Shown piece by piece: positions 20,577 to 29,700 of a stretch of DNA of 64,000 bases (the stretch's first letter is position 1; the number at the start of each line of letters is the position of its first letter). This DNA is from Armatimonadota bacterium (GTDB lineage: Bacteria; Armatimonadota; SYMT01). Under the pieces are notes generated by a model. It saw nothing but the letters and a program-made list of their open reading frames with translations. It ran no database searches and had not been told where the DNA came from. The stretch spans positions 110,150 to 174,149 of the forward strand of contig JAWLHY010000014.1 in assembly GCA_041690135.1 (NCBI GenBank), given 5' to 3'. The position numbers and the translations under genes are program-made.

Positions 20577-20604
20577 GTAGACGAAACTTCGTCCTGGGTG
20601 ATCC
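20577..20604 (-). promoter_or_regulatory. Candidate ECF-sigma promoter (GGATC-N16-CGTCTAC)
   Basis: Motif and spacing resemble ECF promoters; upstream of the binding-protein gene. Confidence 0.3.
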
Positions 20605-20609
20605 GAGCT

Positions 20610-20757
20610 GTAGGGAATGTGACGCCGTTCCATTCCGCAGTCGGTGAAGTTGAAGCCGTTGCGCCATACCGGACCGGTTCAGGGCGTGAGCCGCATCGAG
20701 ATGCCAGGACGGGATCAGGGGCGGTCCGGTGGAACGCTACGGCGAGACGTTCCCTAC
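20610..20757 (+). mobile_element. 148-bp REPIN/MITE-like element, copy 1
   Basis: Terminal inverted repeats GTAGGGAA...TTCCCTAC, terminal hairpins, and homology to copies at 37234 and 42474. Confidence 0.85.
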
Positions 20758-20832
20758 GGCTTCCGCTTCCGTAGATTCACTGAACGCCGGAGACTATCCA
20801 GACTTAGTTTCACTTGAAGCGAGAAGGGATGA

Positions 20833-21147
20833 CTAGCTATTGGGGAGCATCCGTGCGGTCTCTGAATCTGCTGCCTCAAAGCTCTCCATTACCGCCGCGG
20901 TCTCCTGTAGGAACCGCGGGTCGCGGGCGGCCTATTCGTACTCGGCGTCGATCCGCGCCCTCTGCAGGCGATCCAGCTCGCGTTCGATCGCCAGACGGAC
21001 AAATTCGGTTTCGGTAGATGCCGAGCCCCGGGAGACACTCTCCCGGACCTGGCGCATCAGGTCCTGGGGCAGGTCGAACGTTACGATCTTCTCCGTGATT
21101 GCTTCCGGCGTAGGTTCCGACGACGTTTCCGACTCTGTCTCCGACAT
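20833..21147 (-). pseudogene. RHH/CopG-type antitoxin-like gene with an internal TAG
   Basis: VTFDLPQDL...EFVRLAIERE is RHH-like. The frame continues past TAG 20932-20934 as AARDPRFLQETAAVMESFEAADSETARMLPNS*. Confidence 0.6.
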
Positions 21148-21241
21148 AGTAGCTTCCCTCCGGTAATCTCAGTATGCCGTACCACTGGGGGTGCGGCCGA
21201 AGCAGTGGGTGCGGGAGGTCCTGGCGCCCCGGAGGGTGCCC

Positions 21242-21820
21242 ATGTCCCTACCCGATCTGATCCCCGATTTGCCGCCGGGCTCGCCGGAAGAAGGTCTGGA
21301 GATCCTTTTTGTCGGAATTAACCCCGGACTGACGTCCGCCCGGTTGGGTCACTACTATGCGGGCCCCGGCAACCTGTTCTGGCGGTGCCTCCACGAGAGC
21401 GGGCTGATCCCGGAGCGCCTGGCGCCCACGGAGGACCGGCGCGTGCTGGAGTGGCGGATCGGCATTACGGACTGCGTGAAGCGGGCCTCGCGCAATGCGT
21501 CCGAGGTGCGCGCCGGAGAGTTCCGGGAGGGCGCGCCGGACCTGATCCGAAAGATTGCGTTCTGCCGGCCGCGGATCGTTTGCTTCAACGGGTTAATGGG
21601 TTACCGTTCCGCGCTCGACCCGGAAGGGCAGCTCGGGCTGCAGCCGCGACCGCTGGAGGGCGCGCTGGTGTTCGTGGTTCCCTCCACCAGCGCCGCGAAT
21701 GCCAATTACACGCGGGAAGAGCGGGTAGAGTGGTTTCGCCGGCTGCGGGAGTTACGAGACCGGGTGCGCGAGCACGCCGGCAACGGGTCCTTCCGACCCG
21801 AGGATATACTTAATCGGTAA
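21242..21820 (+). CDS. mug: G/U mismatch-specific DNA glycosylase
   Basis: ILFVGINPG, HYYAGPGNLFW, GITDCVKR, VVPSTS. Confidence 0.92.
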   Translation: MSLPDLIPDLPPGSPEEGLEILFVGINPGLTSARLGHYYAGPGNLFWRCLHESGLIPERLAPTEDRRVLEWRIGITDCVKRASRNASEVRAGEFREGAPDLIRKIAFCRPRIVCFNGLMGYRSALDPEGQLGLQPRPLEGALVFVVPSTSAANANYTREERVEWFRRLRELRDRVREHAGNGSFRPEDILNR

Positions 21821-22013
21821 TCGCCGGGAAGGCTGCGGGCGCCTTGCACGGATGGGGTGCGAGCGGACTTCCGAATGACGGCAAGAATCGTTAGGACCGG
21901 ATTTGTCAGGCCGAAAGGGAGGGCGCGCAGGGACCCCGGATAGACCCTGCCCGGCCCCGCAGTTCCCGTCCGGGATCGGCTTCCGCGGACGCGGTGGATT
22001 GGAAGAGCTTGGA

Positions 22014-23003
22014 ATGTCGCAGGTGGTGACCCGGATCAACCCGCTGGATCTGGTGCGGCGCGAGTTCGAGGAAGTAGAGCGCGTGCTGGAGGAGGCCGCC
22101 GTCTCCGAGATCGAGGTACTGCAGGCGGGCGCCCTGCATGTGCTCGGCGCGGGCGGCAAGCGCGTGCGCCCGCAGATGGTGCTGCTGGCCGCGCTGGCCG
22201 CCGGTGGGTCGCTGGAACGTGCCATCCCGCTGGCCGCCGCCTGCGAGTTGGTTCACACCGCCACGCTGGTGCACGACGACATCGTGGACGAGAGCGACCG
22301 CCGCCGCGGGCGGATGGCGATCCAGTTCAGCATCGGCAACTCCGCCTCCGTGCTGATGGGGGACTACCTCGTGGTGCGCTCCCTGAAGCTCGTCGCCCGC
22401 GATCCGAACCGCGAGCTCTGGACCCTGCTCATCGACACCATCGCCCGCATGTGCGAGGGCGAAGTCCTCCAGATCTGCGTGAAGCGCGACACCGACCTTA
22501 GCGTCGACACCTACGAGCGGATCATTGAGGCGAAGACCGCCGTGCTGATGATGGTCTGCACGCGGTTCGGCGGGATGATCGCGGACGCCTCTCCCGAGAT
22601 CGTGGAAGCGTTGGGAGACTTCGGCTACAACGTCGGCATGGCGTTCCAGGTGCAGGACGATATCCTCGACTTCATCGGCGACGAGGAGACCCTGGGCAAG
22701 CCGACCGGCGGCGACCTGCGGGAGGGCAAGGTGACCCTGCCGGTGGTCTACGCGCTCCAGGGCGCCACGCCCGAGCACCGTGAAGAGCTCCTGCGCATCT
22801 ATGAGAAGATCGGCCCGCTCTCGCGCGACGACATCCAGCGCGCTACCCAGTTGATCGAGATCTCCGGCGGGTTCGAGCGCGCCCGTCAGCACGCCCTGGA
22901 GTTTATCGACCAGGCGCTGTTGGACCTTCGGCCCCTTCCGGACAGCGCGGCGAAGGAAGCCCTGCTCGCCCTCGCCGACCGCATCGTCAACCGCTGGAAT
23001 TAA
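22014..23003 (+). CDS. Polyprenyl diphosphate synthase (HepT/IspB-like)
   Basis: GGKRVRP, LVHDDIVDES..RRG, GDYL, KTA, FQVQDDILD, GKPTGGDLREGKVT. Confidence 0.93.
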   Translation: MSQVVTRINPLDLVRREFEEVERVLEEAAVSEIEVLQAGALHVLGAGGKRVRPQMVLLAALAAGGSLERAIPLAAACELVHTATLVHDDIVDESDRRRGRMAIQFSIGNSASVLMGDYLVVRSLKLVARDPNRELWTLLIDTIARMCEGEVLQICVKRDTDLSVDTYERIIEAKTAVLMMVCTRFGGMIADASPEIVEALGDFGYNVGMAFQVQDDILDFIGDEETLGKPTGGDLREGKVTLPVVYALQGATPEHREELLRIYEKIGPLSRDDIQRATQLIEISGGFERARQHALEFIDQALLDLRPLPDSAAKEALLALADRIVNRWN

Positions 23004-23010
23004 TCCACCG

Positions 23011-23043
23011 TAACCTTCAACCTTCAACTTTCAACCTTCAACC
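23011..23043. repeat. (CCTTCAA)n heptamer run
   Basis: taaccttcaaccttcaactttcaaccttcaacc. Confidence 0.8.
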
Positions 23044-23056
23044 CGCTCCGAAGAGA

Positions 23057-23527
23057 ATGCCGGACCAACTCTCTCATATCGATGACCAGGGCCGCGCCCA
23101 GATGGTGGACGTCACGGAAAAGCCGGACACGCGTCGCCTGGCCGTGGCCGCCGGGCGGGTGCGGATGCAGCCGGAGACCGTGGAACTGGTGCGGCGCGAC
23201 GAGATCGCCAAGGGCGACGTGCTCACCGTGGCGAAGGTGGCGGGCATCCTGGCGGCCAAACAGACGGCCAACCTGATTCCGATGTGCCACCCCCTGCTGC
23301 TCACGGATGTGCGCTTGGAGCTGGAGTTGGTGGAGGAGGGAGTGGAGATCCGCGCGACCGTTTCCACCTTCGGCAAGACAGGGGCCGAAATGGAAGCGCT
23401 AACTGCTGTTTCCACTGCCGCGCTCACCGTTTATGATATGTGTAAGGCCGTCGATAAGACGATGGTCCTCGAAGCTATCCGGCTGATCCGCAAAGAGGGC
23501 GGCAAGTCGGACTTTACCGCGCCCTGA
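23057..23527 (+). CDS. moaC: Cyclic pyranopterin monophosphate synthase
   Basis: LSHID..G.A.MVDV, KGDVL, LIPMCHP, TGAEMEAL, YDMCKAVD, KEGGKS. Confidence 0.97.
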   Translation: MPDQLSHIDDQGRAQMVDVTEKPDTRRLAVAAGRVRMQPETVELVRRDEIAKGDVLTVAKVAGILAAKQTANLIPMCHPLLLTDVRLELELVEEGVEIRATVSTFGKTGAEMEALTAVSTAALTVYDMCKAVDKTMVLEAIRLIRKEGGKSDFTAP

Positions 23528-23538
23528 ACGAGGAGCCC

Positions 23539-24198
23539 ATGGCCGACGACTCCCGAGTCCCGCTGCCGGCGCTGCAGCGGCTCTCGACGTACATCCGTTG
23601 CCTGATGCAGCTCGAGCACGACGGGATCGACTCGGTCTCGTCCCAGGAAATGGAAACGTACTCCGGCGTCTCGGCGGCGCAGTTCCGGAAGGACCTCTCT
23701 TACTTCGGCGAGTTCGGCAAGCGGGGCATCGGCTATAACGTCCGGGATCTCCGCGAACGGATTGCCCACCTGCTCCAGATCGATGAGGAGCAGAACGTGG
23801 TCCTCGTCGGCGCGGGCCATCTCGGCTCGGCGCTGGTGGCCTACCCCGGCTGGCGCTCCTACCACTTCCGCATCGCCGCCATCTTCGACCGGGACCCCCA
23901 GAAGGTCGGCACCCCCATCCGCCACGTGCCGGTCCTGGATATCGACACCCTGGAAGAGGCCAACAAGACCATCGGCGCCAAGATCGCCATCCTCGCCATC
24001 CCCGCATGGGAAGCGCAGGAGATCGCGGCCCGGCTGGTCGCCGCCGGTATCACCGGCCTGATCAACTTCGCCCCCATCAAGCTCCAGGTCCCCGAGCACG
24101 TCACCGTCCGCGACGTCTGCTTCATCTGCGAGCTCGCCATCCTCTCCCACCTGGTCCACCACCCCAACGGCTTCTCCGCCGAAGAAGAGCCCACCTGA
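23539..24198 (+). CDS. rex: Redox-sensing transcriptional repressor
   Basis: RLSTY.R, SS.E, QFRKDLSYFGEFGKRGIGY, VGAGHLG.AL, INFAP. Confidence 0.96.
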   Translation: MADDSRVPLPALQRLSTYIRCLMQLEHDGIDSVSSQEMETYSGVSAAQFRKDLSYFGEFGKRGIGYNVRDLRERIAHLLQIDEEQNVVLVGAGHLGSALVAYPGWRSYHFRIAAIFDRDPQKVGTPIRHVPVLDIDTLEEANKTIGAKIAILAIPAWEAQEIAARLVAAGITGLINFAPIKLQVPEHVTVRDVCFICELAILSHLVHHPNGFSAEEEPT

Positions 24199-24744
24199 AA
24201 TCTAGACCGGCTTCGGGAAGGGAGCCACAGATTTCACAGATTGGATAGGGGGTTTGGGGAAGTTGTCCACCAACCGTGCAGCCGTTACCAACCTCCAGCC
24301 AGCGAGGTAGTGTCCGGAAGGTAGCAGAGGAGCTTGTCCCCGTCGGTCACGGTATGCGCTCAAGTGCAACTCGAGCACGCTCCGGGACATGGATTGTGCC
24401 CGCTACGGCTGCGAAAGTCGCGAACGTGGTGCTCCATCTTCGGCTTGCCTACGGTGCCGCGATCATGCGCCGCCTGGGGTTAGGGAGGCGCTATCCATGC
24501 GGTCGCCTTCCGAACCCCGCGAGTCGCCCGGCTCTGGGAGCGCGCCGTCCGTTTTCCGCCACGCTCGTGGGCAAAACGGCGCTCCTTTCCCCGGCGGCGT
24601 GAAGCGACCGAGAGCGATCGGGATCCGGGATGCAGGTCCGGCTTTCCAATCTGCTCAGGTAAGCTTGTCATCCGCCCAATCGCCCAAGAGGGCTTCCAGC
24701 CTTCGAAGGTGAACACCTGTGCCGGAAGGAGTTACCGTTTCGTA

Positions 24745-26403
24745 ATGCTGAACCGCCCTGTTACCCTTACTTTCTTTGCCCTGGCGGGGATCGCCCTCGC
24801 TGGGAGTGCCGGAAATGCGCAGGAGCGCCTCACCCCGGCCGGGACTACGTCGCCGAACCTCCGCTACTACTATCCCCTGCCGAAGGCGGAGAAGCCACAG
24901 CAGGTGGAGGCCGATATCTGCGTCTACGGCGGCACGTCCGGTGGTATCGCCGCGGCGATCCAGGCCCGGAGGATGGGGAAGACCGTGGCCCTGGTGGAGT
25001 TCGGAAAGTACCTGGGCGGCCTGACCACGGGCGGCCTCGGCGCGACGGACATCGGCAACAAGGGTGCCATCGGCGGCATCTCCCGCGAGTTCTATCGCCG
25101 GGTGGGGCAGCATTACGGGCAGGAAGAGGGCTGGACCTTCGAGCCCTCCGGCGCGACGAAGGTCTACGACGCCATGCTCACGGAGGCGGAGGTCCCCATC
25201 TACCGGGAGCAGCGCCTCGCCTCCGTGAAGAAGAAGGGCAACCGGATCCAGGAGATCCGGATGGAGAACGGCAACGTCTTCCGCGCGAAGATGTTCATCG
25301 ACGCCACCTACGAGGGCGACCTGCTGGCGAAGGCGGGGGTCTCCTACACCGTCGGCCGCGAGGCGAACACCAAGTACAACGAGACGCTGAACGGCGTCCA
25401 CTTCGGCAATCCGAACCACAACTTCAAGGTGCCGGTCGACCCGTTCGTGGTGGAGGGGGACCCGAAGAGCGGTCTCCTGCCGGGGATCTCCCCGGAGCCG
25501 CCGGGCGAGCAGGGCCAGGGCGACCACCGCGTGCAGGCCTACAACTTCCGCATGTGCCTGACGAAGGCCGAAGACCGCCTCCCGTTCCCCAAGCCGAAGG
25601 GATACGACCCGCAGCGGTACACACTCCTGGCCCGCTATATCAACGCCGGCGTGTGGGACGTGCTGCGCCTCACCAAGATGATGCCGAACGGGAAGACCGA
25701 CACGAACAACTTCGGCGGCTTCTCCACCGACAACATCGGGATGAACTACGGCTGGCCGGACGGCGACTACCAGACCCGCGAGAAGATCTTCCAGGAGCAC
25801 GTCACCTATCAGCAGGGGATGATGTGGTTCCTCTGCAACGACGAGCGCGTGCCGCAGAAGGTCCGGGACGAGGTCCGCACCTGGGGCCTGCCTCGCGACG
25901 AGTTCGTGGAGACCGGCGGCTGGCCGCACCAGCTCTACGTCCGTGAAGCACGCCGGATGATCTCCGACTACGTGATGACGGAGCACAACTGCCGCGGGAA
26001 CACGGTGGTGCCGGATGCCGTGGGGCTGGCGGCCTATACGATGGACTCCCACAACTGCCAGCGGATCGCCCGCCTGGAGAACGGGCGCTGGACCGCCCGC
26101 AACGAGGGGAACGTGGAGACCGGCGGCTTCCCGCCGTACCCGATCTCCTACCGCTCCATCGTTCCCGCGGAGAAGGAGTGCGCCAACCTCCTGGTGCCCG
26201 TCTGCCTCTCCGCCAGCCACATCGCCTACGGCTCCATCCGCATGGAGCCGGTGTTCATGGTCCTCGGCCAATCCGCCGCCACCGCCGCCAGCATGGCGAT
26301 CGACGGCAAAACGGCGGTCCAGGACGTGCACCTCTCCCGGTTGCAGGGTCGGCTGGTCAAGGACGGGCAGATCCTGGTCTGGCCCCCACCGGCTGCCCGG
26401 TAG
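24745..26403 (+). CDS. Exported FAD-dependent oxidoreductase (FAD_oxidored family)
   Basis: Signal peptide; DICVYGGTSGG, FIDATYEGDL, QAYNFRMC, LYVREARR, YTMDSH, SASHIAYGSIRMEP. Confidence 0.9.
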   Translation: MLNRPVTLTFFALAGIALAGSAGNAQERLTPAGTTSPNLRYYYPLPKAEKPQQVEADICVYGGTSGGIAAAIQARRMGKTVALVEFGKYLGGLTTGGLGATDIGNKGAIGGISREFYRRVGQHYGQEEGWTFEPSGATKVYDAMLTEAEVPIYREQRLASVKKKGNRIQEIRMENGNVFRAKMFIDATYEGDLLAKAGVSYTVGREANTKYNETLNGVHFGNPNHNFKVPVDPFVVEGDPKSGLLPGISPEPPGEQGQGDHRVQAYNFRMCLTKAEDRLPFPKPKGYDPQRYTLLARYINAGVWDVLRLTKMMPNGKTDTNNFGGFSTDNIGMNYGWPDGDYQTREKIFQEHVTYQQGMMWFLCNDERVPQKVRDEVRTWGLPRDEFVETGGWPHQLYVREARRMISDYVMTEHNCRGNTVVPDAVGLAAYTMDSHNCQRIARLENGRWTARNEGNVETGGFPPYPISYRSIVPAEKECANLLVPVCLSASHIAYGSIRMEPVFMVLGQSAATAASMAIDGKTAVQDVHLSRLQGRLVKDGQILVWPPPAAR

Positions 26404-26674
26404 GTGCCGAAGGGGAGGGAAGCTCTCGCAAAGGCGCAAAGACGCAAAGGAAAGAAGGGAAAGCCGGGCTCGTGATATGCGGGCTCGGCTTTTGACCTCA
26501 GGGGTTTGGGAGGTAGCACAGGCCCTCGTGGCCGTCGGTTACGGTAGGCTCCCCTCGTTAACGGTTTGGCTTTTGAACACGGCCGGGGCTCATGTTCAAG
26601 AACTGGATCGGGTGAGCATGCGGCGGCCAGAGTTCACGATGCTGTCCCGTCGTGGTAGTCCCAGCTCAAATCTG

Positions 26675-26975
26675 GGACATCCGCCGGCGAGGGTACAGGC
26701 TTCCATCTGGGTTGCCAGAGTAGGGTTCCGGTTCATGCCCGGCACATGTGCCCGTAGGGGAGCCCCCGAGATATCGGGGCTTTTCGGAAAGGCATTGGGT
26801 TCCGGGTGTTCCCCAGGGTTGGTACCGGCGTGCGGTCCAAGAGCGAGTTCGTTGCCGAGATATCTCTCGGACTCCGGGCAGGGTACAGGATGTTATCCCG
26901 GTTACCGCGATAGGGTTCTGGTCCATGTTCGGCGCATGCGTCCGTAGGGAAGTCCCCGAGATATCGGGGTCCTGA
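26675..26975. repeat. Degenerate ~190-bp-period duplication with GTAG/CCCCGAGATATCGGGG hairpins
   Basis: 'agggtacagg...tagggttcyggtycatg...ccgtaggg...ccccgagatatcgggg' occurs twice (~26690-26780 and ~26880-26970). Confidence 0.65.
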
Positions 26976-27058
26976 ACCGGTCCATGCCTAAAGGTTGGTC
27001 CGCCCTATCCTATCCACCCTGCCTATCCTGTTCCTTCTCCTTACGTCCCTCGCACCCT

Positions 27059-27919
27059 TCAGGGCACGGCCGCGGGGGTGCGTGGGCAGGGCTCCTTCTC
27101 GGGGAAGGTGTGGACCGGCGGGTTGGGCCTCCGGGGGGCCGGACGTCCCGCGCCGCCATCGGGACCGCCGGGCCCTTCCCGGCCCGGTAGTCCCCGGCCG
27201 CCACAACCGTCGTTGCCCGCCCAGCCACCTCCAGCCTGCAGGCCGGTCACCAGGTGAAGCACCGACCAGCAAAGCGGCACGAAGAGGATGAAGAGGGTTC
27301 CGACCAGGTGGGCCCAGCTCCACGCGCCGCCGGGCGTGCGGGCGTGCAGGACCGCCGTCCAGGCAATTACCGCCAGGCCGACGGCGCCTGACATCCGCAG
27401 CCAGCGCGCAGTGACGTGGGCGTTCCACCGGGTGCCCAGGTGGGTCCAGGTGAACAGTCCCAGCCACGCCCCCAGGAGCAAGTTCAGGGCGAAAGCATCG
27501 TCGCTGGGAGGCGTATACCCGAGCCGGGCGCCGACCCAGATAACGACACCTGCGAGGAGCGCGACGAGGGCGGGGCCCGCGAACATGCCGATGAACGCAT
27601 CGTTCCAGGAGGGATCGTCGGAGAGCCCGGCCTCCCGACGACGGGAAGGAAGGTGTCCGGAGAACTCACGGTCAACGGACCGCAGCCATTCCGCGGTCCA
27701 GGCGTCCTCTACGGCATGTCGGTATGCCCAAAGGACGGTCGCGGTGGCGAGCGCGACCGCCGCCGCGGGAGCCACCCAGGGAGGGACGCTCGGTAAGTGA
27801 CTCAGGAGAAGCGAGCCGGTGAAGGTGATCAGCACCACCAGCGCCAGCCACCAGCCGACCCACCGCAGCAGGCTGCCGGCCTGCCGCCCGATCTCGCGGG
27901 TGAAGGAGCCCCAGTCCAT
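27059..27919 (-). CDS. Hypothetical multi-pass membrane protein
   Basis: 286 aa with ~6 hydrophobic segments; SD GGAGG. Confidence 0.7.
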   Translation of the reverse strand: MDWGSFTREIGRQAGSLLRWVGWWLALVVLITFTGSLLLSHLPSVPPWVAPAAAVALATATVLWAYRHAVEDAWTAEWLRSVDREFSGHLPSRRREAGLSDDPSWNDAFIGMFAGPALVALLAGVVIWVGARLGYTPPSDDAFALNLLLGAWLGLFTWTHLGTRWNAHVTARWLRMSGAVGLAVIAWTAVLHARTPGGAWSWAHLVGTLFILFVPLCWSVLHLVTGLQAGGGWAGNDGCGGRGLPGREGPGGPDGGAGRPAPRRPNPPVHTFPEKEPCPRTPAAVP

Positions 27920-28141
27920 AGCGCCCTCCTCGTCGGTCTCCCAACGAGCCCTTTGTCAGGAAGATTCGCGCCGGGCCACCGATCTCCTGCCTGTCGTTGT
28001 TCGACCCACACGGGTGGCCGAACCAGGATCGCGAATCCCCGACTGTCGTCGTGACTCCCCCAAGCGTCAAGATCCTATCCGCTACCCATCACGCGAACCA
28101 GGAACAATACTCGCGAGTCTAGGTCAGAGGAGCGTATCCAT

Positions 28142-28181
28142 GGGAAAAGGGCCGGCAAGTAGATCTGCCAGCCCTTTTCCC
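28142..28181. terminator. Probable bidirectional terminator
   Basis: GGGAAAAGGGCCGGCA-agtagatc-TGCCAGCCCTTTTCCC, downstream of the DUF1501 gene. Confidence 0.6.
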
Positions 28182-28250
28182 TCATTCTTTCTCTGCGGCC
28201 CTCTTTGCGGCCCTCTGCGGACCTTTGCGTCCTTTGCGGTGAAGGTGTCC

Positions 28251-29570
28251 TTAACCGAAGAGCTCCCGGACCACGTTGCCTTCCGGCGGGTAGACGCGGA
28301 TGGGGCGGCCGGTGCTGGTGGTGTAGGTCGTCTCCGGGTCCACGCCCAGGGCGGAGTAGATGCTGGAGGCGATGTCTTCTACGGAGACAGGGCGCTCGGC
28401 GGGGGTGCTGCCGGTGGCGTCGCTCTTGCCAATCACCTGGCCGCCCTTCACGCCGCCGCCCGCAAAGCAGGCGAAGCGGCAGCGCGGGTAGTGGTCGCGT
28501 CCGCCGCGGGCGTTGATCTTGGGGGTGCGGCCGAACTCGCCCATCAGCACCACGAGGGTCTTCTCCAGCAGGCCGCGCTCCTTCAGGTCGGAGAGCAGGG
28601 CCGCGTAGGCCTGGTCGAGCGGGGGCAGGTTCTGGTTCTTGAGCCGTTCCCAGTTGTTCTGGTGGGTGTCCCAGCCGCCTCGGTTGATGGTGACGAACCG
28701 GGCGCCGGCCTCCACCATACGGCGGGCGAGGAGGGCGCTCTGGCCGTAGGTGTTCCGCCCGTAGGCATCCACGGTGGCGGCAGGCTCGTCGGAGAGCTGC
28801 AGCGCCTTCTTCGCCTTGGCGGAGCTCACCAGGTCGTAGGCCCGCTCGTAGTAGCTGTCCACCGCCTTGAGCCCCTCATCCTGGCGAGTTGCCTCAAACC
28901 GGCCGTTCAGCTTGTCGATGAAGCTGCGGCGGCTGGCCACGCGGTCGCCGTCGACGCCGTTCGGCAGTTCGACGTTCGGGACCCGGAACCGCGGGGAGTT
29001 CGGGTCGCCCACGGGGAACGCGTTGTAGGCATTGCCCAGGAAGCCGGAGCCGCCCCCGCGGCCGGAATTCGGAATGCCCAGGTACGGCGGCAGGTTCTCC
29101 CGCGGCCCCATCTCCTTGGCGATGACCGAGCCAAAGCTGGGATAGGTGAGCACCGGGAGCGGCTTGTAGCCCGTCTGCAGGTAGATCGTCGCCTGCTCGT
29201 GCGCGCCGATGCTGGAGGTGAGGGAGCGAATGATGGCGACCTTGTCCATCTGCTTCGCCGTGTTCGGCAGGTACTCGCTGATCTGGATGCCGTCCACGTT
29301 GGTCCCGATGGCGTTGAACTCGCCGCGGTACTCGGCGGGCGCGTCCGGCTTGGGATCGAAAGTATCGAGGTGGCTCGGCCCGCCCGAGAGCCAGATCATG
29401 ATGCATGCTTCCGCCTTCGGCGCGGCGACGGCCGCTTCGGCTGCCCGCATCCGGAGGAAGTCCGGCAGCGACAGACCCAGGAAGCCGAGGGCGCCCACGG
29501 TAAGGACATCCCGGCGAGTGATCCCATCACAGTCCGGCGTCCGCCGGGTGTTCGAGAACAGGTTTTTCAC
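28251..29570 (-). CDS. DUF1501 domain protein
   Basis: CDGITRRDVL.VG, WLSGGPSHLDTFDPKP, GWDTH, GEFGRTPKIN...GRDHY. Confidence 0.93.
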   Translation of the reverse strand: MKNLFSNTRRTPDCDGITRRDVLTVGALGFLGLSLPDFLRMRAAEAAVAAPKAEACIMIWLSGGPSHLDTFDPKPDAPAEYRGEFNAIGTNVDGIQISEYLPNTAKQMDKVAIIRSLTSSIGAHEQATIYLQTGYKPLPVLTYPSFGSVIAKEMGPRENLPPYLGIPNSGRGGGSGFLGNAYNAFPVGDPNSPRFRVPNVELPNGVDGDRVASRRSFIDKLNGRFEATRQDEGLKAVDSYYERAYDLVSSAKAKKALQLSDEPAATVDAYGRNTYGQSALLARRMVEAGARFVTINRGGWDTHQNNWERLKNQNLPPLDQAYAALLSDLKERGLLEKTLVVLMGEFGRTPKINARGGRDHYPRCRFACFAGGGVKGGQVIGKSDATGSTPAERPVSVEDIASSIYSALGVDPETTYTTSTGRPIRVYPPEGNVVRELFG

Positions 29571-29587
29571 GATTGCACCTCCGGTGG

Positions 29588-29691
29588 GGCGTTCAGGCTA
29601 TCGGCGTTCAGGTGTTCAGGCGTTCAGGCGTTCAGGCTTTCGGGTCCCAACCTTCAACTTTCAGCTTGAAAACCTTTCAACCTTCCAACCC
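29588..29691. repeat. Bipartite short tandem repeats: (GGYGTTCA)n then (CCTTCAA)n
   Basis: Fills most of the spacer between the DUF1553 and DUF1501 genes. The first block is the reverse complement of the repeat at 4298-4340. Confidence 0.85.
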
Positions 29692-29700
29692 CCCGCCCGA

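Noticed and set aside
20932-20934. Pyrrolysine or programmed amber recoding
   Set aside because: No pyl genes are in the window, other genes use TAG as a normal stop (sdhA, sdhB, ubact), and a nonsense mutation is simpler.
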